Source: an uncultured Bdellovibrionales bacterium (GTDB lineage: Bacteria > Patescibacteriota > Minisyncoccia > Moranbacterales > UBA1568). From it: a DNA stretch of 64,000 nucleotides. The notes beneath the pieces are model-generated. The model had not been told where the DNA came from. It was given only the letters and a program-made list of their open reading frames with translations, and made no database searches. Below, piece after piece: positions 18,132 through 27,832 of the stretch (position 1 is its first letter; every line of letters starts with the position of its first letter). The stretch is from the NCBI GenBank assembly GCA_964580285.1, contig CAZOKB010000005.1, positions 221 to 64,220 of the forward strand, read 5' to 3'. A program made the position numbers and the translations under genes.

Positions 18132-18647
18132 TTGGGTAAGGGCAATAATCATATGCAAACGGCACAGGAAACCATCAAGGCATTAGCGGAAACATTGGCC
18201 GAAAAGCTAGGCTTTCAGGCAGAGGTTACAGTGTCTCAGGATCCTCTGGAGGAGGGAGCGCTGCGAGTGTCGTTCCATGTGGCTGAAGACCAGCATTTTT
18301 TAATTGGTCAACGAGGGGCTAATCTGTCGGCTCTCCAGCATCTTTTCCGAGCTCTGTATCGAAAACAAGGAGGGGATGCTTCGGGGATCGCTATTGATAT
18401 CAATGATTACGTTAAGGGGAAGGAAAGTTTGCTTTTGCAGGATGTGGATAAAGCGGTCGAGGAAGCTATAGACCAGAACGCCTCCGTTGCACTCCGTCCC
18501 ATGCTTTCTTTTGAGCGAAAACTTGTACATCGGTACCTCTCGGCTCATCCAAAAGTGCGCACAGAAAGTGCTGGAACTGGTGAGCAGCGCAAGATTTTTA
18601 TTCGGCCGAAGATTTCTCTGGATGGCGTGCCAGAAACGATCGAATAG
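18132..18647 (+). CDS. jag: Jag/KhpB-like R3H-domain RNA-binding protein
   Basis: 171 aa; KH-like plus R3H region; position after yidC. Confidence 0.7.
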   Translation: MGKGNNHMQTAQETIKALAETLAEKLGFQAEVTVSQDPLEEGALRVSFHVAEDQHFLIGQRGANLSALQHLFRALYRKQGGDASGIAIDINDYVKGKESLLLQDVDKAVEEAIDQNASVALRPMLSFERKLVHRYLSAHPKVRTESAGTGEQRKIFIRPKISLDGVPETIE

Positions 18648-18661
18648 GGTATCCTAGAGGC

Positions 18662-20110
18662 ATGGCCATAGCACGCAAACTTGCTTACAATGTGATTTTC
18701 AATTCTGCGCTGAAAGCGACATCAACTGTGGTGCTGTCGCTTTTTTTGGTGCGTCTTATCACAGGGTATTTGGGGCAGGATGGCTTTGGAAAATACGCTA
18801 CGGTGTTAGCTTTTTTCTCGTTCTTTTCTGCGCTGAGTGATCTCGGGCTCGGCCCCGTTACTGCTCGAGAAATAGCTAAGGAAGGGGCTGATGAACGGAA
18901 GATTTTAGGAAATGTTGTAGGACTGCGACTTGTTAGTTCGGCAGTGCTTATCACCCTGGCTCCTCTTGTGGTGCTCTTTTTTGATTATCCGGTAGAGGTG
19001 AAGTGGGGCATTATCGTTGTGGCCGTAGCGTCCCTTTTTAGTTCGCTCTCTTTGGTGATGAATGGGGTGTTCCAGAAACGCATTGCCATGGATCGGGTAG
19101 CAATGGTGGAGTTTGTAGGCAAACTTATTCAGGTAGGCCTGATTGCGGGTATCGTTAAATTCAATCTCGGCTTTCTGCCGATCGTTTTTTCGGTGCTCAT
19201 TGCCCTCTCCTTCAATATCGTGACAGTGTACGTGATTAGCCGGAATTTTGTCCGTTTCTCGCTCCGTTTTGACAGGGCTTTTTGGAAAATGTTCTTAAAG
19301 GAGTCTCTCCCTATGGGAGCCACGGCTATTATTACTTTTGCTTATTTTAAGACTGACACTATCCTCCTCTCGCTTATACAGTCGAGCTCAGATGTGGGTG
19401 TCTACAATGTAGCCTATAAGATTATTGAGAATCTGGTCTTTTTCCCAGCGATGCTTGCGGGGCTCATTTTGCCGTTATTATCTCGGTATTTTACATCGAA
19501 TAAAGAGAAGTTCCTGGAAATTGCTCAGAAAACTTTCAAGGTGTTTATTATCATTGTGCTCCCCATCGTCTTAGGGACAGTCTTTTTGGCTCAAGACATT
19601 GTTCGGATCATTAGCGGCCCAGAGTTTGATGCTTCGGCCCCGGTGCTCCGTATTCTAGCGATTTCATTGGCGTGCATCTTCTTTGGGCATTATTTCAATA
19701 TGATTCTGGTAGTTGGGCATATGCAGAAAAAACTTATGCAGGTGCTTTTGTTTGTTGCCGCGTTTAATATTACCCTGAACCTTTTTCTAGTCGAACGCTA
19801 TTCGTATATGGGGGCTGCTACGGCTGCTGCCCTAACGGAATTCATGGTAGTAGTACTGACGAGCTCTCTGGCATACAAAAAACTTCGCTTTGTACCGAGA
19901 TTTTCAGGTATTGGTAAAGTGTTCTTTTCAGCCGCTGGTATGGCGGGGGCACTCTACTTGCTTGCGGCATCGCCCTTTATTGTGGCGGGGAGCATCTCCA
20001 TGGTTATCTATTTCGGACTTCTTTGGGTGACACGAGCAGTTTCTTCAGAAGAGGTCATGAGCCTCTTCTCTAAAGAGAATGAAGAATCTCTTGAACCGCC
20101 GGTGGTTTGA
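18662..20110 (+). CDS. Polysaccharide biosynthesis flippase (MOP/Wzx family)
   Basis: 482 aa, about 12-14 TM helices. Confidence 0.7.
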   Translation: MAIARKLAYNVIFNSALKATSTVVLSLFLVRLITGYLGQDGFGKYATVLAFFSFFSALSDLGLGPVTAREIAKEGADERKILGNVVGLRLVSSAVLITLAPLVVLFFDYPVEVKWGIIVVAVASLFSSLSLVMNGVFQKRIAMDRVAMVEFVGKLIQVGLIAGIVKFNLGFLPIVFSVLIALSFNIVTVYVISRNFVRFSLRFDRAFWKMFLKESLPMGATAIITFAYFKTDTILLSLIQSSSDVGVYNVAYKIIENLVFFPAMLAGLILPLLSRYFTSNKEKFLEIAQKTFKVFIIIVLPIVLGTVFLAQDIVRIISGPEFDASAPVLRILAISLACIFFGHYFNMILVVGHMQKKLMQVLLFVAAFNITLNLFLVERYSYMGAATAAALTEFMVVVLTSSLAYKKLRFVPRFSGIGKVFFSAAGMAGALYLLAASPFIVAGSISMVIYFGLLWVTRAVSSEEVMSLFSKENEESLEPPVV

Positions 20111-20143
20111 TGCTGAATAACAAGAAGGATCTTTAGGGGCTGA

Positions 20144-20989
20144 ATGATGTCTGAAAAAATTGCCGTTATTCTGGTGAATTATGAAAGCGGAGAAGACCTC
20201 TTGGGAGCGCTCCGTTCGCTTATGGTAGCTCGCCGAGCACCTGATGTCTATATTGTTATTGATAACGCTTCGAAAGATCAATCCTGGAAACAAGCTCAAC
20301 GGGTTTTTCCGCACATCAAAAGCAGAGGTAATGCTCAAAATATTGGTTTCGCTCGAGCTGTAAATCAAGGTCTCAAAGAAGCCCAGCAACAAGGCGCAAC
20401 CCATGTATGGTTGTTTAACCCAGATGCGCGTGCTTACGGAGATACCCTTGAGCAGCTCATAGCTGCTTCGCGACGCATGCCGCGTGCGCTTCTGTCCCCG
20501 GTCATTTTTAATCAACGGAAAGAGTTTTGGTTTGCTGGCGGTGAAATAGATTGGTTGCGCATGCGCGCGGTGCATACGCGGACCGTTCCTTCTGAACAGA
20601 GACAGCAGGGATTCCTTACAGGCTGCGCCCTTTTTATGCCGCTCTCAGTACGAGAAAGCATCGGAGGGCTTGATGAGCGCTTCTTTCTCTATTATGAAGA
20701 TGTAGAGTATAGCTTCCGTGCTCAGCAAGCAGGGTTTGACCTTCGGGTGGTGCCTGATGCGCGGGTAGACCATGCTGAAGTGAGCCAGGCGAACCCAGAA
20801 AAGACCTACTTTTTGGTCTATTCCGGGCTCCTCTTCTTTTTGGGGCAGGCCAAAAGTGTTACAAGGCTGTATTTTTCTATGTATGTTACAATACGGAGAC
20901 TAAAAAACTGGGTGGATTGCTTGCTTTGGGGAGGAAAGAAAGCCGTGTCCGTTCGACAGGCCTATGGGGATTTTTTCCGTAAAAAATGA
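20144..20989 (+). CDS. Family 2 glycosyltransferase
   Basis: 281 aa; GT-A fold motifs (VILVNY, DNAS, DxD-like). Confidence 0.8.
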   Translation: MMSEKIAVILVNYESGEDLLGALRSLMVARRAPDVYIVIDNASKDQSWKQAQRVFPHIKSRGNAQNIGFARAVNQGLKEAQQQGATHVWLFNPDARAYGDTLEQLIAASRRMPRALLSPVIFNQRKEFWFAGGEIDWLRMRAVHTRTVPSEQRQQGFLTGCALFMPLSVRESIGGLDERFFLYYEDVEYSFRAQQAGFDLRVVPDARVDHAEVSQANPEKTYFLVYSGLLFFLGQAKSVTRLYFSMYVTIRRLKNWVDCLLWGGKKAVSVRQAYGDFFRKK

Positions 20990-21782
20990 GTATCCAGATT
21001 TTTCGCTTATCACGGTGAATTTTCAGAGCGCGGTATCGCTCGGAAGAATGTTACGAAGCCTCCCTGCCGATTTTTTGGCAAAAGGAGAGGTGATTATTGT
21101 GAACAATGATCCGAACGAAAGCGCTTTATTGTCCAGGATGTTTGCTCAAGAATCCAAAGTGCGGATTATTGAGATGCGCCGCAATGTTGGTTTTGCTCAG
21201 GCCTGTAATCAAGGAGCGCAACAGGCTCGGAGTGAGAGGTTGATTTTTTTGAATCCCGATATCGTATATGCTGTGGGCTCTCTTGAAGCCTGGTTGGCTG
21301 TTCTCGATCAGTATCCATTGTCGATTGTAGCGCCTCTGTTGCTTAAAAATGGCAAAATAGAACCTTGGAGCAGTGGCGGTATCATTCATCCGGTCCGGAT
21401 ACTTCTTCAAAATCTCTTTCCTGTGCCAGTGTTTTGGTCTTGGCATGATCGCAAGCGCCTGGGCTGGGTAAGCGGTGCTGCCCTGGCTCTTCGAAAGGGA
21501 GATTTTCAAAAACTTCACGGGTTTGATGAGGCATATTTTCTGTATTATGAAGATGCGGATCTGTGCCGGAGGGCACAGCAGAGAGGTATAGCCATTCGTC
21601 AGGTGAGGCATGTTAGGTTAACGCATCGTGGAGGAATGAGCCATTCATGTGCATCACAGCAAAAACAAGCGTATTTTCGCTCCCAAGACCTTTATATAAG
21701 GCAATACTACGGATGGGCTTGGGCTTTCCTCTTTCGTTGCTTAAGAAGATTACATCCGGCCTATTGGTTTGATATATGCTAA
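20964..21782 (+). CDS. Family 2 glycosyltransferase
   Basis: 272 aa; motifs IIVNNDP and YYEDADL. Confidence 0.8.
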   Translation: MGIFSVKNEYPDFSLITVNFQSAVSLGRMLRSLPADFLAKGEVIIVNNDPNESALLSRMFAQESKVRIIEMRRNVGFAQACNQGAQQARSERLIFLNPDIVYAVGSLEAWLAVLDQYPLSIVAPLLLKNGKIEPWSSGGIIHPVRILLQNLFPVPVFWSWHDRKRLGWVSGAALALRKGDFQKLHGFDEAYFLYYEDADLCRRAQQRGIAIRQVRHVRLTHRGGMSHSCASQQKQAYFRSQDLYIRQYYGWAWAFLFRCLRRLHPAYWFDIC

Positions 21783-23038
21783 CCTTTCTGCGTTTTTTTC
21801 TTTTTTTGTTGCCATTCCAGTTTGCTTTGTCACCAACAGAGAATATTGACCTGCCTATTGTCCGAGTACTTGCAGTGGGTATTATTCTTGTTTGGATGGC
21901 CAAAGGGCTTTTCAATCGTCAACTTTCCCTTGGGTGGAATGTACAGACAGGCGCTCTCCTTTCCTTTTGGTTTGTGTTGGGTCTGTCGATGAGCGTAGCC
22001 GAAGAAGTTTCGTGGGCTTTGAGAAAAATGCTCTTCCTCATGTCGTTTTTCCCGCTTTACTTTGTGTGGAGAGAGGAAGTGGGCCACCATCAAGCACGAG
22101 CGTTTTTTTTAGTAGAAGCCTTTGTTTTTGGGGCAGCCCTTTCGGCTGCGATAGGGATACTTCAGGTAGTATTACAATTTTTTATACCGGTAGAAACTCT
22201 TTTTACGTGGTGGACGAGTCATATCTTGCCCTTTTTTCTGGGGCATGGTTTTGCGGGAGCGGTAGCTGAGTACCCGAGTCTTCTCGTGAATCTTTCAGGA
22301 AGAACGGTTATGCGGGCTTCAGCGTTGTTTCCTGACCCACATATGCACGCTTTTTATTTAGGGCTGGCTTTACCCTTAGCCTTCTTTTTTGTCTGGCAAA
22401 AACGGACGTGGTTGTGGTGGAGCCTCTCTCTCTGCATTCTCATAGCCGATCTGCTCACTTTTTCACGCGGGGCCTATTTGGGTTTTGGGCTAGCCTTGAT
22501 AGGGGGAGTCTTTCTTTTTGGATCAAAGCTTTCTTTAGGAACTAAAAAAGCTGTCCTGTTAGGGATAGGCGGCGTTACCCTGCTTCTTTGGGTGCCCAAT
22601 CCTATTGGAGAGCGTTTTTGGTCAGGGTTTTCAGCGGAAGACGGATCAGTAGCGGCGCGCCTTGCTCTTTATCAGGAGGCCGGACAGCATATCGGTGAGC
22701 GTCCATGGTTGGGTGTGGGGATTGGTAATTATCCTCTGGCCGTGAAGCCAACGGCTCTCCCGCGGGAACCTATTTATGTACATGATCTTTGGCTAGATAT
22801 TGCTGTGGAGACGGGCATATTGGGGCTCATTTGTTTTGGAGCCTTCTTTTTTTCAGCGCTCAGTTCTGTGTATAGAGCCTGGAAAACAACCGGCCACGCC
22901 TTTTATTTGGCTCTTTTTGGATCGCTTGTGCTCTTTTTCGGGCATTCGCTTGTGGAAACCCCCCTTTTTTCTGTCCAGGTTTTTCCGGCATGGCTGTTTC
23001 TCGTCGCTTTGAGTCGCCTCCCGTATGCAAATGAGTAA
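21776..23038 (+). CDS. O-antigen ligase/polymerase family membrane protein (Wzy_C)
   Basis: 420 aa, polytopic; conserved central loop with Arg and His residues. Confidence 0.65.
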   Translation: MLTFLRFFLFLLPFQFALSPTENIDLPIVRVLAVGIILVWMAKGLFNRQLSLGWNVQTGALLSFWFVLGLSMSVAEEVSWALRKMLFLMSFFPLYFVWREEVGHHQARAFFLVEAFVFGAALSAAIGILQVVLQFFIPVETLFTWWTSHILPFFLGHGFAGAVAEYPSLLVNLSGRTVMRASALFPDPHMHAFYLGLALPLAFFFVWQKRTWLWWSLSLCILIADLLTFSRGAYLGFGLALIGGVFLFGSKLSLGTKKAVLLGIGGVTLLLWVPNPIGERFWSGFSAEDGSVAARLALYQEAGQHIGERPWLGVGIGNYPLAVKPTALPREPIYVHDLWLDIAVETGILGLICFGAFFFSALSSVYRAWKTTGHAFYLALFGSLVLFFGHSLVETPLFSVQVFPAWLFLVALSRLPYANE

Positions 23039-24221
23039 AACAACAGGACTTTTAATACTCTGCGTCTGGCTTCTTCCGGTAGCCTCTATGAAATTGTTAC
23101 CCTTTGGGTGGCCGCTGTATCCTGTAGAAATAGTTCTTTTGGCTGCTCTCCCCTTTCTCTCCTCACGGGAAAGAGGAAAGTTTTTCTTGCAGTCTTCTTT
23201 CGCTCGCAGCGTGAGCGTGTGTGCCGGACTTTTTTTGTTGGGAAACTGCTTGTCTTATTATACTCATCCAAATGGATGGACAGGCCTTGGACAGATAAAA
23301 AGCTTCTTCTTCTTTCCGCTCTTATTCTGGGTCATGGCCCTTGAGGAACTAGAAAGTGTGCAGAAAACAGAAAGAGTGCTTTGGCATATGCGTGCCATGA
23401 TGGCGGTTTCAGGGGCAGCCGCGTTGTTGTGGGGCGTGTGGCACGGATTAACCTATGATCATCGACTCAGTGCCTGGTTTGACTCTCCGAATCTGCTCGC
23501 GATATTTCTCCTTCCAGGAGCAGTACTCTGGTTGGCGCAGGTGGCTACGGCAAAGCGTTTTATATGGACCGAAGTCCTAGCATGGATAGCGATAACCGGA
23601 GCTCTTTTTCTTACACGTTCCTATGGGGCTATCGGCGCCTTTCTGTTGGCGGGAGGTTTTTTTCTGTGGAGAGAACGAACTTTCTCAATATCGCGTGTGC
23701 CCTGGAGGGTCATGGGGCTGGTACTCGCCCTTTTCATTATATTTTTGAGTTTTGAAACAGGAACAGAGAAATGGAGCGCTCTAGCGGAAGGAAACATTCG
23801 CTCATCGTTTGAGTCGCGTATCATGATCTGGCGCTCGGCTGTGAAAATGGTAGCAGAAAATGTGTGGACAGGTATTGGCCCGGGGCGCTTTCAGACGGTG
23901 TATTTAGAATATCAGTCGTTTTACCCGCCCTATCTGGAGTGGGCAGTGCCACACCCGCACAATCTTTTCCTAGCTTTTTGGTTGGCATCTGGAGTCCTCG
24001 GTGCAGGCGCTTTTCTTTGGCTTGTTAGCTTACTCTTTGTTTTTTTCCGAACCAGCCCCTCTTGTAAAGAAAAATCGCTTTCTTTAGCGATTCTCCTCTC
24101 TTTTTTTGTGGTAGGCTTGGTAGACGTTCCTTATTTTCGATCAGAATTCAGCTATCTTTTCTGGTTTACTCTTGCCTGGATAACAGCGTTGGCTGCTCGA
24201 GATCAAGCGGCACGGACCTAA
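23025..24221 (+). CDS. O-antigen ligase-like membrane protein (second paralog)
   Basis: 398 aa, polytopic; Wzy_C-like. Confidence 0.6.
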   Translation: MQMSKTTGLLILCVWLLPVASMKLLPFGWPLYPVEIVLLAALPFLSSRERGKFFLQSSFARSVSVCAGLFLLGNCLSYYTHPNGWTGLGQIKSFFFFPLLFWVMALEELESVQKTERVLWHMRAMMAVSGAAALLWGVWHGLTYDHRLSAWFDSPNLLAIFLLPGAVLWLAQVATAKRFIWTEVLAWIAITGALFLTRSYGAIGAFLLAGGFFLWRERTFSISRVPWRVMGLVLALFIIFLSFETGTEKWSALAEGNIRSSFESRIMIWRSAVKMVAENVWTGIGPGRFQTVYLEYQSFYPPYLEWAVPHPHNLFLAFWLASGVLGAGAFLWLVSLLFVFFRTSPSCKEKSLSLAILLSFFVVGLVDVPYFRSEFSYLFWFTLAWITALAARDQAART

Positions 24222-25357
24222 AATTCTATACGAAAAAGCTTTTGGCTGGTGCGATCGGTAAAGTAGAGAGAGTGTTCATCAGGAGCCAGGAAAAGTTCAG
24301 TAGCGTCGTAAGCCTCGGTAATATCTTTCAGGTCGATCAAACGTTCAGCTTTCTTGGTTTCCACGTCGAGTTTCCAGAAGGAGTCTTGGGAATGAAGGTT
24401 TTTTTCAAAATAATCATTAGGGAGAGTACTGGATTCAGGGAACGGGCTCGGAAGAGCGTAGTACAGAATCTTCCCGCTTTTTGACCACACCGCTTTCGTG
24501 ATAAGAGTCTGGGCCATTTCGAGCGTTTGGAGTTCACCACCAGATTCATTCATGAGGGCGAGCCGAATTTTGGAAGGATCGGCGTTATCGGTAGCCTGCA
24601 TTAATACTCGGTTGCCGCTTGGAGCCCAGAGAAAATCGCCTCCAAAGACATCGTGTACCAGTGTTTTGGTGCTTCCACCAGTAAGAGGGACTACCGAAAG
24701 AGCGCCTTTCTCCCGAGCGCTGGGGCGATTCCAGTAGCTCACGGAAATACTCCCGGGTACTGGAGCAATAAAAAAGTCCTTGCTCCCTAAAGCAATAATG
24801 TTTTTCCAATTTTTCCCATCAGGATCGGCGCTGTTCAGGGTGCGGTCCCCTGTTTTTGGATCGGTATATTGATAGAAAATTTTACTCCCGGTGTTATCCC
24901 AGGCTATGCGAGAAATCTCTGGTTTGAGGGGAATAAGGGTTTGAGTAGAGAAATCTAGAGTGTGCCAGAGCGAAGACCCATCGGATTTTTTGAGGAGTAC
25001 GAGGGCTTTTTCGTGGTTTGGTGCCCAAACGATGCGGGTGGGTTCTCCGGGGAGGTTGGAAAGAAGCGTTTCTTTTTCCTTTCCGTCGAGAGTGGATCTG
25101 CGGAAAGCCTTTTCATCGAGCGAATAGAAATAGAGAAAGCGATTATACGCAGTGGCACTGGCAATTCTTTCCGTGAGGAGGGCGGAGACTTTCTCGGCGG
25201 GCTTCCAAGGCGTGTTGAAAACAGATTCTTTGATAATCTTGGTTCCTTCTGAAACCGTGGCTACGCTCGGGTTTTCTTTGAAACCAAGATTATATACTCC
25301 CCAAAACAGGAGTAGGACAACAAATATTCCGAGCGTAATACCGAAAAAAAACTTCAT
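24218..25357 (-). CDS. Membrane-anchored TolB-like/PD40 beta-propeller protein
   Basis: 379 aa; N-terminal TM helix followed by repeated WD40/PD40-like blades. Confidence 0.55.
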   Translation of the reverse strand: MKFFFGITLGIFVVLLLFWGVYNLGFKENPSVATVSEGTKIIKESVFNTPWKPAEKVSALLTERIASATAYNRFLYFYSLDEKAFRRSTLDGKEKETLLSNLPGEPTRIVWAPNHEKALVLLKKSDGSSLWHTLDFSTQTLIPLKPEISRIAWDNTGSKIFYQYTDPKTGDRTLNSADPDGKNWKNIIALGSKDFFIAPVPGSISVSYWNRPSAREKGALSVVPLTGGSTKTLVHDVFGGDFLWAPSGNRVLMQATDNADPSKIRLALMNESGGELQTLEMAQTLITKAVWSKSGKILYYALPSPFPESSTLPNDYFEKNLHSQDSFWKLDVETKKAERLIDLKDITEAYDATELFLAPDEHSLYFTDRTSQKLFRIEF

Positions 25358-25395
25358 AGCTTAATGAATATCAGAAGAAACGGTATTTTGAAATT

Positions 25396-26550
25396 CTACT
25401 GTACATGGAAAGAGGATCCATTGGTCATGGTTGGATAGGATTTGCATTTGATGCCGACAGGGGTGTATGAAGCACAATCCTTACTTTCATAGAGAACATC
25501 GAGGCCGGCGCTTTGGAAGGCATCATAATATTTTTTTATGGTAGCCGAATCAGTAGCCCCGCCGCTATTGTTGAGGTCGGCGCAAGTGCCATTCTGATGA
25601 CAAGAGCTAAGATGGTTTACCGTTGGTGGCCACGACTCAGTAATGCGCCACCCAGATACTCCGCGGATATTCTTAATTTTCCCCAAAAGAGTCGAGTTGA
25701 GTTGGCACTGACCACCGCCACAGCTCTTGTAGTCGACGCCCGTGATGACCTCACAGCCGCTGCAGGCGGCGCAAGGAATGCCGGTGGGACAGCCGGCAGC
25801 TGTGGCTCCAGTAGGTACGGATGAAGGTGGAATAGCGCTAGAAGAAGGTGGAGGGGTAGTAGCGGAAAGCTGACTTAGCTTGAGATTAACAAGGTCTGGA
25901 TTGATAATATAGAGAACAAGATAAGCCAGCATAGCCAGACCAAGTCCTATGAGAGAATCAGTGATGATTTTCCTAGCCTGGTCCGCTTTAGAAGTGTTAC
26001 CAGCACTTGTGAGGTAGAGAAAGCCACCTACCGAAACCATGAAAACAGCCGAAAGCACAATTAAAATAAGTGCGGCGTTAATGATGGATTTGATATAGCT
26101 CGGAAGATCGGACCAAGTAGAGCTTTGCCCGGGAATTTTTTCAAGGAGTTGGTAATTAAAATTGCCGGTTGTTTCGCTAGAAGTGGTCCCGGGACGAGTA
26201 ATGGTAGTTGCCGCCAGGGTACTGGCCCCTGCGCTTTTTTCGGGAGGAACAGTTTCGAGAGCAGCGGTATAGGCTCCGCTGTCGTATTGGCTATGGAAAG
26301 TATCAATCGCGGTTTGCCCGGTGAGTGTTTTTCCAGATGTGTCCTTTACCACAAGACAGCAACTCTTTGATCCAACATTGCAAGGAGCTACTGGAGATTC
26401 ATCTCCATCACAATTGCTGCCAAAAATAGAACGTTTACATGAACCGCCAATAGCTGCACAGTCATCTGGAGAAAAAATCTCTGCTTGAGCGCTTGGAATA
26501 GCGAATGTTAAAAAAACAACAAGCAATAAAAAGAGATGTTTTGTGTACAT
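25396..26550 (-). CDS. Secreted/membrane cysteine-rich protein with a TrbC/VirB2-like two-TM pilin segment and a C-terminal LAS/M15-like peptidase motif
   Basis: 384 aa; signal peptide; N-terminal Cys-rich module; two adjacent TM helices flanking a short loop; C-terminal SCHQNGTCAD (SxHxxGxxAD, HxxxxxxD) and a distal His. Confidence 0.35.
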   Translation of the reverse strand: MYTKHLFLLLVVFLTFAIPSAQAEIFSPDDCAAIGGSCKRSIFGSNCDGDESPVAPCNVGSKSCCLVVKDTSGKTLTGQTAIDTFHSQYDSGAYTAALETVPPEKSAGASTLAATTITRPGTTSSETTGNFNYQLLEKIPGQSSTWSDLPSYIKSIINAALILIVLSAVFMVSVGGFLYLTSAGNTSKADQARKIITDSLIGLGLAMLAYLVLYIINPDLVNLKLSQLSATTPPPSSSAIPPSSVPTGATAAGCPTGIPCAACSGCEVITGVDYKSCGGGQCQLNSTLLGKIKNIRGVSGWRITESWPPTVNHLSSCHQNGTCADLNNSGGATDSATIKKYYDAFQSAGLDVLYESKDCASYTPVGIKCKSYPTMTNGSSFHVQ

Positions 26551-26646
26551 AGATTTTTTTTCAGTATAGCATGAAGTTTTTCAAGGAGAAAAAGGGGAAA
26601 AGAAAAAACACGGTCTTTATGACCGTGTTGTTCGGAGATTGTTTCT

Positions 26647-27690
26647 TTAGAAATCCCAACTGCCGTTCATGCTTGAAGACTGGGTGTAATTGACCACCGT
26701 AGTTTCAAAGAAATTGCCCTTATCGGCATTCACGTCTTGGAGTCGATCCAAGTGTTTGTAGGGATTATCAATGGCATCTGCGTAGAGTGGGTCGATATTG
26801 AGCATGGCCAGGCGCTTATTGGCCAACCATTTGGTGTAACTCTCGGTGGTTTCGCCGTTGATGCCAGGTATTTTTGATCCAAGGATATGCTTTGACCATT
26901 CAATTTCTTGCTGTACAGCGATATCCATCATCTCGAGGATAAGCTTTTCGTTGTAGATATCCGGGAATTCTTTTTTGATATCCCGGATGAGGTTAGCAAA
27001 AATAGTCACGTGCGTGAGCTCATCCCGGCGGATATACGAGATCATGCGGCCAGTGGCGAGCATTTTCATACGATCCACGAGAGTATCGAAGAAAGCAAAG
27101 CCGTTGTAGAAATACAGCGATTCCAAGAGGAAGTTAGCCACAATACCGCGGAAAAAGTTTGCATCGGAAGGAGTATCAATGAAATCCTGGTAAATCTGGC
27201 CAATGTACTGGTTGCGATTCAGAAGAATGCTATCGGTGCGCCAGAAATAATAGATTTCATCACGCTCTTTGCTGTCGACGACCGTCTCGAGAATAGTGGC
27301 GTAGGACTGGGAATGAATGGCTTCCTGATAGGCTTGAATGGAGAGAATAAGATTAACTTCAGGAGAAGTGACAAAATCAGAGAAGTGCGGCAAGTTTACG
27401 GTTTGAATGGAATCTAGAAAGATGAGGAAAGAGAGAATACCTTTATAGGCATGCTGTTCTTCTGGAGTGAGATCGCTGTGAAACATGCGGGCATCATCTT
27501 TGAGGCCGGATACTTTTTCGGGTACCCAGAAGTTACCTACCATCACCTGATAGAGGGATTTAGCCCAGGGGTATTTGGTGGCATTGAGGTTGAAAAGCCC
27601 GGTGGTAGCGCCTTTGATGATAGTGCGATGCTCAACAGCATCATCCCCTTTCGGATTGAAAAGAGAGTTTGCGTGCATGGTGTCGGTCAT
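26647..27690 (-). CDS. nrdB: Ribonucleoside-diphosphate reductase beta subunit (class I R2)
   Basis: 347 aa, ferritin-like diiron protein; ExxH motifs; located next to nrdA. Confidence 0.9.
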   Translation of the reverse strand: MTDTMHANSLFNPKGDDAVEHRTIIKGATTGLFNLNATKYPWAKSLYQVMVGNFWVPEKVSGLKDDARMFHSDLTPEEQHAYKGILSFLIFLDSIQTVNLPHFSDFVTSPEVNLILSIQAYQEAIHSQSYATILETVVDSKERDEIYYFWRTDSILLNRNQYIGQIYQDFIDTPSDANFFRGIVANFLLESLYFYNGFAFFDTLVDRMKMLATGRMISYIRRDELTHVTIFANLIRDIKKEFPDIYNEKLILEMMDIAVQQEIEWSKHILGSKIPGINGETTESYTKWLANKRLAMLNIDPLYADAIDNPYKHLDRLQDVNADKGNFFETTVVNYTQSSSMNGSWDF

Positions 27691-27832
27691 AGGAGAATAT
27701 GGAATGTTGATATAGGGAATATTGAATAGAGAATGTGGAATATTGACTATGGGATGGGGAATGTGTCCAGGAATGACGGTACTTTGGAAGTGGATTTCTC
27801 TCTATTCCAAATTCTACATTCCATATTCCACC
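27691..27832. promoter_or_regulatory. nrdA-nrdB intergenic region with a large imperfect inverted repeat
   Basis: ggaatatggaatgt (27695-27708) pairs with acattccatattcc (27807-27820); nested tggaat/attcca and ggaatattga motifs. Confidence 0.4.
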
